DNA of 63,977 nucleotides, filler included, from Octopus bimaculoides (taxonomy: Eukaryota): NCBI RefSeq assembly GCF_001194135.2. It is 6 parts of 6 records of this genome, joined end to end, with 100 filler letters (N's around TTAATTAATTAA, not from the genome) between each part and the next. Parts side by side here need not be neighbours in the genome. Positions count along the whole stretch, not along the records: positions 44,405 to 53,659 come from NC_068984.1; positions 53,760 to 63,977 come from NC_069004.1; 4 more parts are not named here. One strand, written 5' to 3'. Of this stretch, positions 52,027 through 63,977 are shown one piece after another (position 1 is the stretch's first letter; each line of letters begins with the position of its first letter). A program made the position numbers and the translations under genes. The notes beneath the pieces were generated by a model, which ran no database searches, was not told the DNA's origin, and was given only the letters and a program-made list of their open reading frames with translations.

Positions 52027-53584
52027 CGTAGATATGAGAAGAACGCATCAGCGGCTGCAGAGTGTTGGTTTGAAGGCCGAAACAGAAGGATTTGTATCCT
52101 AGCGGCTCAAGATTAGAGTCTCCTCACTCGGAACTATCAAGCTGATGTCACAAACAATGAACTAGACACAAAGTGTAGACTCTGCAATGACAAACTTGAG
52201 AGGATTGACCACATTGTTGCCGGCTGCTCAGTCGTTGCTTCTACGGAATACAAAACCAGGCAGGATCGAGTTGGCCAATACTTACACTGAAACGTATGCT
52301 GTCACTATGATGTGTCGCACCCTAAGAATGGGGTATGAATACCATCCAGAGCCAGTTGCTAAGAAAGAGAAAATGTTACCCTCCTATGGGATTATGGAAT
52401 ACATACAGACAGGCAAATAAATACTAACAGACCATACATCGTCATCAAAGACATAAAACAAAATACATGCCTGTTAATTGACATGACAGTACCTATTGAT
52501 AGAAACGTCACAGCAAAAGAATTTGAGAAACTGTCGAAATACATTGAACCGCAAAAGAAACACGAGACGTGTGTGACTGTGAAATATATTTTTTCATTAT
52601 ATCAGAGATAAATTTTGATAAATCTGATAAAGTCAATTTCTTGGATGCCCTTTGACCACAGTCTATGGGCCGTTGTAATGTGTTCTGGTAGTGGGCGGAT
52701 CCAGCACATCGAGATTGTAGGGCGTGATATGTTCAATACCGTGTATGCTCTCCCTGAGTGTTCAAAACGGCCATACACCATCGGTACATGAAGTGTATGA
52801 GGCGGTTCACAAAAGCCATTGGCACATGTGCCCGCGACATGCGGAAAGCTGCCTCCAATTCCACACGAATTATCCGCCTTGGAACCATCTGGTTCAGCCG
52901 TTTCTGGATTTCATCCCACATGTATTCAATTGGGTTCAAATTGGGTGCTGAATTTGGACATAGTAAGCTTTCGCAACAACCAGAGCAAGCTGCCCTGCTC
53001 GCAATCGGCCGATAGCTTGTTCCCTCTCCACTGCTGACAATCGCGTCGTACCTGATGCGTCCACATAATGAATGCCAGGAACACGGTTCCAGTTGGTTTT
53101 TATACCCATAACCTCCACAAGATGCACGCGCATTTCTGTTTTCATGACAATCGTTTGCAACTGCCACCCACGGCATTCAACGCAGCTGCATTTTGGCGTA
53201 ACGTTTCAGGGATAAGGTTATCTGCAATTTGGGTCTCAGCCATAAACCAGCATGTCTTGTAATATTTACACTTACATCCCCGAAATAAACTTTCAGAATT
53301 TACCATTAAAAAATGATATTTGAAAAAATTCGCGTTTCTTTTGCGGTTCAGTGTGTAAGGACTTGAGATTGAGATATCTCGGACGTGGCAATTAAAAACC
53401 AAAAACATCCCCGTTGTTGTAGGTGCCCTGAAAATCATCAAGAAACCAACAATCTGAGGCTCAAAAAATTTGGGTTGACATCAACCATCCACATTCTAAG
53501 AAATTTTCTCTCCATCTAATATATAAGTGCCTTAGGTGTCTGGTTGACACACGGTCGGAAGATGAAATAAAATGCAAATCAATC
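52027..53584 (+). mobile_element. 5'-truncated R4/Dong-clade non-LTR retrotransposon (CCHC knuckle + restriction-like endonuclease), interrupted by Tc1
   Basis: GLKAETEGF.ILAAQD*SLLTRNY...CRLCNDKLERIDHIVAGC...TLLWDYGIHTDRQINTNRPYIVI...CLLIDMTVP...KEFEKLSKY, resuming at 53357 KDLEIEISRTWQLKTKNIPVVVGAL...HILRNFLSI* (stop 53517-53519); (TAA)n on both sides. Confidence 0.9.
52542..53353 (-). mobile_element. Internally deleted Tc1-family transposon
   Basis: TIR CA(C/T)TGAACCGCAAAAGAAAC; TA/TG flanks; N-terminal TRLSAVEREQAIGRLRAGQ fused to C-terminal SAPNLNPIEYMWDEI...MAVLNTQGEHTRY*. Confidence 0.92.
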
Positions 53585-53659
<75 letters not shown>

Positions 53660-53759
53660 NNNNNNNNNNNNNNNNNNNNNNNNNNNNNNNNNNNNNNNNN
53701 NNNTTAATTAATTAANNNNNNNNNNNNNNNNNNNNNNNNNNNNNNNNNNNNNNNNNNNN
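53660..53759. other. Assembly linker 44N-TTAATTAATTAA-44N
   Basis: Same 100-bp structure. Confidence 0.95.
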
Positions 53760-53930
53760 ATAAGTACTGGAATCGATTCGTTCGACTAAAATTCTTGAAA
53801 GTGGTGCCCCAGCATGGCCACAGTCTAATAACTAAAACAAGTAAAAGATTAAAGATGTGTGTGCATGTACACTGTATGATGTGTGTGTATATATGTATAC
53901 ATGTATTCACGTGTATGTATCTGTCTATGT

Positions 53931-54092
53931 CTGACAGAGTCGTTAGCGCGCCGAACAAAATGCTTTGCCGTATTTTGCCCGTCTTTACGCTTTGAGTTCA
54001 AATTTCGCCGATGTCGGCTTTATCTTTTCGGGATCGATAAAATAAGTACCAGTTGTGTACTGGGGTCGATGTAATTGACTTGTCCCCTCTCC
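53931..54092 (+). mobile_element. SINE family A
   Basis: GTCGTTAGCGCGCCG...GAGTTCAAATTTCGCCG...GGGATCGATAAAATAAGTACCAG. Confidence 0.8.
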
Positions 54093-54404
54093 CAAAACAC
54101 ATGCATTCATGTTTTTTTTTTTTCAATTCTGGGGTCTTCCATTCGCGGTGTTCGTTGTTCATTGAGGCAATCAAAAATCGGTTGCCTGAACGAAAACGCT
54201 GAATCAGAAGTTTCTAATCCGATTCCCATCCATAAGCATCACTGGTTGCGTCTGTTGTATGACGTCATGTGTTGCCGAATAGTGGAAACAGAAAACGTAG
54301 ATGTAACAACAGGACGACCAAGAATGAAGGAATACCAAGTGCGTGTGTGAGCGCGTATTTTACACCCACCACACACATATGTATGTACAGGGAGAGAGAG
54401 GGGG

Positions 54405-54436
<32 letters not shown>

Positions 54437-55628
54437 ATGTGTGTATTTGATGGCATAAAATTCGACACATTCCAAGTTCAGCAGCGCACATTCACGAAAA
54501 TGGTTCTTGGCGTATATAATATGGGACCCCGAGTAATTTTCGAGATATTTAAGGGAAAATATCTGATGTCATCAACGGCCTATGTGTATGAAATATACAT
54601 ACGTGCGTGCGTGTGTTTTATCTGTGCTTGTGTTTGCGTATTCATATTATGCATGTATATGCATAAATATATATTCAAATATATACAATCATGGAAAATA
54701 TATCCGAAATTTTACTCAGAAGGAAAGCAAAAACTAAACGACCATCTTTAGTGCGAGGTATTCATCAGTTACCTCCCTTAAACTAAAACTTTTCAATAAT
54801 ACTTGAACGAATATTTCGAGTTATTTGCCTTGCATCATTTTTAATTTTTACTATTTTCATATTTAAAAAAAAATAATTTAATGAATCAGAATATATCCGT
54901 TTTATGAGTTTTATTTTTCTAAGATTTTGTAAGAAGCTGTATATATTTTGCAAAAGTACTTTTGTATGCGAAACGAGACTAGTAAACTAAAAACATGTTA
55001 TATTTTTAGCCCCAAGTCAAAAGTAATCGGACAAACCTACAGTAAACCCGACTTTTTCTCAATGTGACTTCTATTTCTGAAGACAATAGCGATGTGGCGA
55101 ATTGGCTGAGTTGTTAGAGTGTTATGTGCTGTACCTTGCAGTATTTTTCCGAACCTCTGCGCTCTGCGTTCAGATCTCATCGATCTCAACTTTGTTTTAC
55201 AAGGCGCATTAAAAGCAAAGGACCAATGCAAGGCTGTGAATTAGTGAAACTATTCCACTAGAGCGTTCTTTGATGCATCTTCAAATAAAACATGAAATAC
55301 AAGAAAAATACAGGAACTTCTTTTGGGGAACGATGAAGCTCGTAGCAGATAAAGCTATAATTAAGAATGTGTAAATATCGGATTTAAAACTCTTTGGATT
55401 GCAAAAGTCAAAGAGTTTTATATGCTTCGTGAGTCACCGTTCTAAAACGAGACGTCAACATCATTTATTCCTATCATTGTAAGTATTACAAAAGAATTTC
55501 AAATAATTTTACGGTTACTTAAATTGTTTTTTTAACAGCTTAAAGAAACAATTGCAAGGGAGAATACTCTAACATTTGTCTCCCTTGCAATGTGCCATGC
55601 CTAGAGCGTCTATATGGTATTTTGATTG

Positions 55629-55672
<44 letters not shown>

Positions 55673-55686
55673 NNNNNNNNNNNNNN

Positions 55687-55717
<31 letters not shown>

Positions 55718-56254
55718 AGAAAGTCAGATTGATAGATATTTTTATTTTACTCCATATCTTAATTCTATTTATTTATTTTTATGTTTTTCGTTGACGTCCC
55801 CTTTCAGACGTAACCGTCACCATCAATTCCTTAACATTTGTAAGTAGTCAATACGTGATGCCAGAAGAAATTGACAAACATTCAAAGCCTATAAATATCG
55901 AAAATGTCGTTGTGATGGAATAAGTATCGATGTATTTAAACAGTATTGACATATTTGTATTATTAACTGAACAACCTCCGTGACATTTCCTGACATTTCA
56001 ATATTTTAATGTTAACGTTCTTTAATCTCCAAACGAATATGAATTTGCTAATTTCTAGAGAGATTTTAAAATCTATCCGCGTTGCTTGTGAATATCAATA
56101 TATCAGTATTTGGCAGTAATGTTTCTTTTTTTCTTTTTTAACAAAGCGCCCGTGTGGATGGCTGTGTGGTCAAGAAATTTCGCTTGGTAATTCGTTGGAG
56201 TTTGACCCAATTACACGGTTCTTTGGAAAATGTCTTCTTTTATAATCTCGGGAT

Positions 56255-56470
56255 AAGGCGGTGAGCTTGGTTGAATCGTTAGTGTTGCAGACACAGTGCT
56301 TAGCGGCATTTCTTTCGTCTCGTTACGTTCTGAGTTTAAATCCCGCCGAGGTCAACTTTTCCTTTCATCCTTTCGGGGTCGATAAAATAAAGTACCAGTC
56401 AAGTACTAGGGTCGATGTAATCGACTTTCTCCTTCCTACAAAAATTGCTAGTCTTGTGGTAAAAACTTAA
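56255..56470 (+). mobile_element. SINE family A
   Basis: AAGGCGGTGAGC head, CCCGCCGAGGTCAACTTT, CCTTTCATCCTTTCGGGGTCGATAAA. Confidence 0.88.
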
Positions 56471-56658
56471 ACCATTATAATCTCAGGACGATGTTGTGGA
56501 TAAAATTTGGCAGTGCGGAAGGGCACCGATGGATCGATTCAGTGCTTCGGTCATAGACAATCAGTCAACTTATGTACGATTACGACCATTTCTTGAAAAG
56601 TTGTAATTTTCTTGATGTTACAATGGATCGCTTGTCTTTCTGCATCACGTGTGATCTA

Positions 56659-56928
56659 CAGCATTGTTACTCAAAGTGGTGGCCCGCGGATCGGTGCCGG
56701 TACGCGACGAGCTTCCAGAAACGAAACATTATAAAATGCTTATGTAATATTGTATTATTTGTTTACAAAATAAATATAAGATTAAAAAAAATTGTCAACT
56801 TTTATTATTATATTCATTATATATATTGTTTCCGGTATAAATTAATATTACTAAGAAATATTACCGGTCCCTGGCACATTGGGGGAAAAAATACCGGTGC
56901 GCCACATCAGATAATTTGAGAAGCTCTG
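56659..56928. mobile_element. Probable hAT/Charlie-type MITE
   Basis: Left CAG..TTACTCAAAGTGGTGGCCCGCGG..CGGTGCCGGT, right ACCGGT..TTTGAGAAGCTCTG; imperfect TIR and no clean TSD. Confidence 0.55.
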
Positions 56929-59334
56929 ATCTTACAGGACATATTTCTCTGGCATTCATGCATCCATCTCCGATGCTCATTCCATTTTTTTCAACTCCAT
57001 CAGAGTAACTTGGGACTTTTAAAAGGAAAGCTTACAGAGAACATATGAAAGGGGGTCTGTTGAAAGTCTGAAGACAAGCATGGACGTTTTGGACAGGCAA
57101 AGGGTTAAAACGAAATTGTTGGTGATCAGTTCTCTAAGAATATTTATTTTCACTGTTGTAAATAAATATATTTGTCCTCCTACATTGTCTTTGTTGCATG
57201 ATTACAAACTCATCTCGTTCATTTATTTAATGTTGTTTTTCACTGTCGGTCTTTCTGAAAGGAAAAACTCCAACTTCAGTCAGATCAACTTTGAACCCTG
57301 TCTTCTTTCTAGCGTCATTGTAAAATATCTCTTCTATCTATTACTAATTTCCTTTCACAACTACTAACGGACCACAATTATCATTTTTAACCTTACCCGC
57401 AACACGACATCCTTTTATCCCTAAACTCTGTACGTCTTCCCAACCTGCAACCATTATGTTTAGCTATGTGGATCGGCAAATCTATTTGATTTCTCAATTC
57501 AAAAGATAACTTATAAAAGAATTAAACGACAGAATGCATAAATCACGCAAAAGACAATCTTCTTTTCTTCTGTTGTGTATATGTGGTTGGGTGTATTCTT
57601 TTTAATCCAGTTCTTTCAAACGAAGTTCCAAAGCAATTAGAGATCTAAGGGAGTCTGTGATAATATCTAAAGCCATTACGATAAATTACAACCAGCCATT
57701 ATCAACTCACGCACCAAATATACGTCTACTCGTCCGGACACATTTACATAAAGCATCTGTTTACAGATTAAGAAATAATTTGGCTAGATTCTTTCTTCTA
57801 TCTTTATCTGTCTTTTTCATTCAAATACTTTATTTCAATTTAATTAGATATTGAAATTAGCTTCATTTTCCCCCTTTTTTATCGTGAACCACCATTGTAA
57901 CTTGCTTTTTTTCTTTCTTTTTATCACTTCAGTTTTTTTCTCTCTCTCCCATTCACCTTACATCAGCAACCTTTGCTTTCTTAACAATGTCTCAAACACC
58001 TATACTGGCCGGTAAAGGAGGGAGATGGAGCGAACAACAACAATAACATCTGAGAAAGATGCTTGAATATTTTGTTAGGAAAATCATTTAAGCCGCTGCT
58101 GTATTATTATTATTTTTCCCCACTAGTTGCTCCCTGTTCCGTCCGCTGACCATTATCTCGTTAACCACGTTCCTTTCTTTTTATGTCGCTATCAATTGAC
58201 GATCGACTGATCGACGTTACACACCTAAATACGTTGACCCCCCCCCCTATTATCACCAACAGAAGCACAATAGCCTATCTCACCCACTCACCCTGTCTCT
58301 CTCTCTCTTTCTCTCTTCCTCTAACACACACACAGGGACTCTCTCCCTCAGTCTTTTTCTCTCTTACTTATATGCACCCCAACCCATACATACTCAAAAA
58401 CACACATACTGTCTCTCTCTCTCTGACAATCTCGTCTGCACACAAGCTCACTCACGCGCGCATCTCCTTCTAAGACCCCCACCCACACACGCTCTTTCAC
58501 ATACACACACATTCCTTCTCCCTCCCTCTCTCTCTCTCTCTCATCCTCTTTGATTCTTCTATGGTTTAGATTTTTCTATAATGTCCTCCCTCATTGTTGG
58601 CCGTCACCGAAATTAAAATGGCTTTCATAGCTTGACGGGACAGGGTAATACTTTATTTTGCTTATTTGTTATAACTCGAGACAAGAAAATGAAACCAATT
58701 GCTTGGCGAGAAGAATAAAAGTTAGGGGGTTACTGCGGCTCCTGTAAGATCGCCGAGACTCTAATAAAAACCGTTTAGCTCTTTGTAATAGCTAAAGGTA
58801 TGCATGACGGTCTCAGCTCTGTTCAATAGGCTTTACCTTTTGACTTTCAATCCGTTACCGTCGTAGCTACTTCCCTACATTATCTTTTTACATTCGTCTT
58901 ACATTCATTTATCTAATTTCCCATTGAAGTCATTGTGAAATCGGTTTCGAAAAAAGAGCGAATAAAGGGACTCTTACCTGCGCGCACAAATAAAACTTGT
59001 CACCTTCCTATTTTCTCATTTACTGCTTTTTCTAAAATATCTTGGGTGTAGTTTCTATGGAGATTTAAATTTAGAGCGGTCGGGAAAGGAGGAGAAAAGA
59101 ACAGAGACGGCGATGGTTTAATATAAGTCAGTTTGATATCGCAGCGCTCTGGGTTCGATTCATCTCGGAGTCAACTTTCATTAGTCCAAATTGCATTAAA
59201 TAAATATGTAAGTGGAATGAGATCGTCGTTAGAATATCGAAACTTTACTTTCTGATTTCAAATCCCGCTGAGGTGGCAGAAGGCTTTGTCCTAAAAAAAG
59301 AAAGAAAATCCAACTAACATATCTGATGGGGGAA

Positions 59335-59490
59335 TAGCAAGGAAGAAGTAGACGAGACTGAAAGACCTGGACTTGTCTGCAGACATTGCTTAATCGCTGA
59401 AGATTATAAAGACCTACAACGGTTCACATCAGAACTAGAAATGGAAGATTGGTCTGAGAATCAGTGCGGAGAACAACATGACGAACATTA
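59335..59490 (+). mobile_element. Decayed LINE RT fragment (RTE-like)
   Basis: Frameshifted RLKDLD(F)AD(D)IA(L)IAEDYKDLQRFTSELE around the catalytic motif. Confidence 0.55.
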
Positions 59491-59839
59491 CACATTCATT
59501 TCTTACACAAACACAAGGCCAGATATTTTGTGAGAAAGAACAGTCGATTGTATACTCAGCCAATGTATACTTTTCTCAATGGATAGAGTGTAATTTGAGA
59601 GAGATTTGGTTGCTGTCTCTAGCAGGTCGAGTGACCACATATAGATGCCCTTCTGTCAAAGATAGAAGAAATATATCCCAAGACGTCGCTTCTACACAGA
59701 TGACATCAAACTATATTTCAGTTACGTAAAATGAAACCACGCTCTCATTTCATTACTTCGTTCTCGCCGGACTAGGCGTTGGAACTTGGTCATGGCTTTT
59801 TCCCTCCTTATTTTTCTTAATTACACATCAATCACACAA

Positions 59840-60100
59840 TATGGTTAATCAACAACCTAAATACCCAATGTACGGCGATGAATGTTCCAGGTATTTTGGA
59901 ATAATCGTAATCAGAAGAAGCAGGTAAATATGGAATGTGAAAGCTGTCTGCCTGCCGTGAATTGATGATTTTCAGAATGTCTGTTGCACTGATAATGACA
60001 CCAAGAATAATATTTGGTTGGATGCTTCGAGGAATGCTCGAAGATAGAGATGAAAATATATTGCCGCCAAAAGCTTCTGCGTTATTTGAACTCACATGGG
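59840..60100 (-). mobile_element. Possible CR1-like LINE pre-RT fragment
   Basis: AEAFGGNIFSS...SATDILKIINS loosely resembles the CR1 linker/domain 0. Confidence 0.25.
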
Positions 60101-60277
60101 AAGGATCTTCAGTGGTTGAGTGTCAATAAGATGTTACGACTGATTTGTATGTGAAGGCTGCGATCAGGAGATGAGACCTCGTTGGGACATTAACACATTT
60201 TTCTTATTGTTGTGGGTGAAAGCAATGAGCTGCAGTGTCTCAGTCAAATTACGGCGATTTCCGTAGAAAGTGTCTCC

Positions 60278-60429
60278 GGCGATCTTTACCAAAGATCGGC
60301 CTTCTCCGTAAAAAAGTTTTGGAAACAGGGAAACGACGTCAGAGAGCGTGATTTATTTTGAAGGGTTTAGGGTTAGAGGGCGACCTTACGGAAAAGGCCG
60401 ATACACAGGACTCGTATCGAAAGATCGCC
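60278..60429. repeat. Small element with nested inverted repeats
   Basis: GGCGATCTTT/AAAGATCGCC outer IR; CGGCCTTCTCCGTAA/TTACGGAAAAGGCCG inner IR. Confidence 0.7.
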
Positions 60430-60946
60430 AAAATATCAATAATTAATTTTATAATCAATCAATAATTTTGCATTAAACAAAAATTTATTTATCCTAGAAA
60501 AGAAGGCATACATGAACGCCTCGCGCCTCATAAATACTCGAACACCGACACAAAAGGCATACTCGCCTGCGTGTGACTATTTCTATACGAACACATTTGT
60601 TTGCCAGTGTATCCATATATTCATGTAAACAACCATTCGAGCTGAATGTGCCTCGGGTGGCCGTTCGATGTAACTTGCAGCCAAAGCCAAATCTCCTTCA
60701 CATTACATCTTGGCGGAGGTAAAAAATACGCACACCACCCGTTTTCGGCCTAACCCTAAACACCGGGTGGGCGTAGTCTTTATCATCGCCTTACATCTAT
60801 CTTATAGTTTACAAAATGAACTTTTTTTTTTACTTGTTTCAGTCATTTCAATACGGCCATAATGGAGCACCGCCTTCAAGGGTTTAGTCAAATAAATTGG
60901 CCCCAATACAAATTTTTAAGCCGGGTACTTTATAAGGATTGTTTAA

Positions 60947-61167
60947 CCCTTTCCTTACCGTATTTCTGTTGAGATGCTCTGTGTTTCTTTCAATTACTTT
61001 AAATATAACAAGGAATTTAGTAAAATAACTTAGTTATCTTTAAACTAGTGTTAGGAACATAAATTGTGACTAAGGTTTGGGGGAAGATTTTTATTCAAAA
61101 CTTATGAAAACAAGACATTTGTACTGCAGAGCCAGATCCGGTTTCAGCTGGGTTGGTAATGAAAGGG
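60947..61167. mobile_element. TTAA-flanked (piggyBac-like) MITE, second family
   Basis: TTAA-CCCTTTCCTTACC...GGTAATGAAAGGG-TTAA. Confidence 0.9.
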
Positions 61168-61450
61168 TTAATCACCATTCTCCTTTTATATTCTTCCCAT
61201 AATTAAACCATCTTATGTTGAATATTCCCTTGATGTGGGTATATACATATATTTGTGCTTGTGTACAAATTTTGCCTTTCTATGCAAAGTACATCCATAA
61301 AAGTAACCATCTTCTATAAAACCAATTTGATTTCATCTTGAAAGCCCTGATGCGTTCATAGCTGGGATGCCTGTGATCAGAAGTCTGCTCTTCTAAAAAA
61401 TTGCTGCCCTTATGTCTAAATTAGAAAGCATTATCATTATTATTATCATT

Positions 61451-61850
61451 AAGGTGGTAAGCTGGGAGAATCCTTATGCTACTGCTCTTCTGAATTCAAA
61501 CAAACTCCGCTGAGGTTGACTTTGCCTTTCACCCTTTCAGGGTCAATAAAAAAAAAAAAAGGACCAGTTGAACGCTGGGGGTCGATGCAATTGACTTAGC
61601 CCCTCCCCAAAATTGCTGCCCTTGTGGCAAAATTTGAAACCATTATTATTAAGGTGGAGAGCTGGCAGAATTGTTAGCATGCGGGGGCAAAATGCTTAGC
61701 AGTATTTTGTCCATCCTTATATTGGGTCCAAATTCCACCAAGGTTGACTTTGCCCATCATCCTTTCGGGGTTGATGAAATAAGTATTGGTTGAGCACTGG
61801 GGTCAATGTAATTGACTCATCCCCTTTCCCTGCATGCCAAAATTTGAAAT
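61451..61850 (+). mobile_element. Two tandem SINE family A copies (61451-61640, 61651-61850), CpG-decayed
   Basis: Each has AAGGTGG..AGCTGG head, core and AAATTTGAAA(C/T)CATTA tail. Confidence 0.85.
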
Positions 61851-63977
61851 CATTATCATTATTATTATTGCTAGAACAAATACACCATCCAGGTTCATCT
61901 TACAAGCTGTGTAAGTGGCCTTAGTAGTGCTGGTACCATGAAGAAAGAAACAAAAACAACAACAAAACAGTCCTTGCTGTAAAGTGGTTTCGAGTTAAGA
62001 TGAGCATCCAGCTAAAGAAACCATGCCAAAGCAGACACTGGAGCATAATGCAATCATTAGACACACACACAGATCCTGTCAAACTGTTCAACCGATTCCA
62101 GCATGAAACATGGACATTAAATGATGACGATTACCAGTTCCAAACAAAATCTGTCTCTTGATGTATATTCAGATAGACATGGAGAAGTCCTGCTGGTGGA
62201 TCCTGTCAAATCGCCTAAACTAAGCCATCATGGAAAGTGGCTGTTAAATGATAACAAACTTGGCTGAGCAGAAAAACATGTACCAAAAGAATTTCTTTTT
62301 ATGTCAAGGCATATGGTCTGTTAATTTCCTTCAAGGAAGATGTAGTGAGTAGATCCATTCAGATTCGGTCAAAAGACACAGCTACACACACACACATAAA
62401 ATATATTAGATGGCAGCACAACTTTTGGTCTAGCCTATATTAGATTGATTAAAGATTGACTTGCACTAAGCGTCTTGTAGAATCTGTACTCAAAGGAGTT
62501 GGATGAGATAGTATAGAGAATCCAGTTCAGTTACAACTACCTTTTATTAAAATAAAGTTGAGTAAAAATATATAAAACTTCATTTGGATTCATCAAAATT
62601 TAAAATGATAGTAATTAAAGGTATTACAGTGACAAAAATTTGAACTACCTTTAAGATACAGGAAATGTCAAGTAAAATAAAATTTGAATATAAATATATG
62701 CTAACATTTTAAAGAATAATTATTAAAATCGAATTTTAAGATTAATGTGAACTTCATGAGCTTAGCACACACAAAAATCAAATTAAATGTTATTACAGGA
62801 GCTAATTATAGAAGTCATTAATTAGAGTCCACTCTGTACGGGGTTTTTTTCCCCCCAAACAGAGTGAGCATCATTAAGTCTCTCGTACACACAAAAAGAG
62901 GCACAAATACAGCTGTGTCATGATTTTTATTCCTTAACACGAGTTCAATTTTACAATTGTTCATTATTTTTAAAATTTGCTCATTTGGTTTTCTAAAAAG
63001 GTAGAGAGAAGGGCAACATTGGGATAAAGAATGAGTGGAAGTTTTTTTGTTGTATTGTTTTTTTCTTTCTTTCTTTTCTCTGTGACCATATCTAAGAAAA
63101 AAAAATGGTTTTAAAATAGGGGAGGAAAAAAATAGAGAAATTTTATCAAACTATCAAGATATTTTAATAGGAAGATGAGAATTCATATATGAATGAGAGT
63201 TTAGAAAAATTAATTCACTCACACATACACACTGCATGAACTCATTATCCCAGCCCACTCTCCAAGTCCTTCGTTATTTAGTTTAACAATCATTTTTTTT
63301 TTTCCTGGAATTTAAAAAAAAAAATGATAGGATAAAAGTGAACTTCCCATCAGCAGAACACTAGAAAATGGAAAGACAAGTTACTGCCAAAGTCGGATTT
63401 TGAGACAAACTGTACACTGGTAGACAATCAAGTTTTTCAGTTAGAAAGTTGAAAAGGGGTAACATGAGCCAGCAGTAAAAATGCAAGATCCAACTCTATT
63501 GGAAGAATAGATTAGGCAGAAAGCACCACTGGCAATTAAGGGAAGGGGAGGGGGGAGAAAGAAAAGAAAAATTTAATGAGCATCAAAAGGTTTTTCTATT
63601 TATTGTAATTCAATCCATTCTAGATGTGTGAATGGAAGAAAGAAGACAACCTATCACCAGGAAGTTAATTTTTAAAATAAACCCAAAAACTCTGGATGAT
63701 TTGTCAGTTAAATAAATAAGAATACTGCTCTGGTACTCAACAGCTGAGCATCGGAATAAAATGTTGTATGTTCACAACAGAAAGGAAAATAATGATTTGG
63801 AACTTAGAGAGAAGTCTATAATAAGTAAAATACCAAAATAATTTCAAATACTCATTTGGGATCTCTACTAACAGATGAAAGAAGCATTAGAGTGACATAT
63901 AGAAGGGGGGTATTGTTTTTGGAGATGAGGAGGGGGTGGAAAAAATAAAATTAAAATAACTCAACTGATAAGATTCT

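Overview
AT-rich, repeat-dominated eukaryotic DNA. The tRNA-derived SINE families, RTE/R4/Penelope relics and dense (CA)n/(TA)n/(TAA)n microsatellites suggest an octopus genome (inference). Five identical 100-bp linkers (44N-TTAATTAATTAA-44N) split the window into six blocks that may not be biologically adjacent. No host protein-coding gene can be identified with confidence. Almost all ORFs in the supplied track are microsatellite or N-run artefacts, and only a few low-confidence candidate exons remain. Well supported: many SINEs; LINE fragments (RTE, RTEX/CR1-like, R4/Dong-like with RLE domain); a Penelope-like RT fragment; several MITEs (TTAA/piggyBac-like, Tc1/mariner, hAT); and a Tc1 deletion derivative nested in an R4/Dong element that sits in a (TAA)n array. 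The most interesting signal is a set of type I hammerhead ribozyme motifs in unrelated sequence contexts. Two are complete by eye (3744-3791, 12252-12303). Near-canonical or variant copies occur at 17659-17861 (an inverted pair in a foldback), 36759-36880, 44580-44616 and 34443-34478. This points to Penelope/retrozyme-type self-cleaving RNAs. All folds were derived by hand and none was tested computationally or experimentally.
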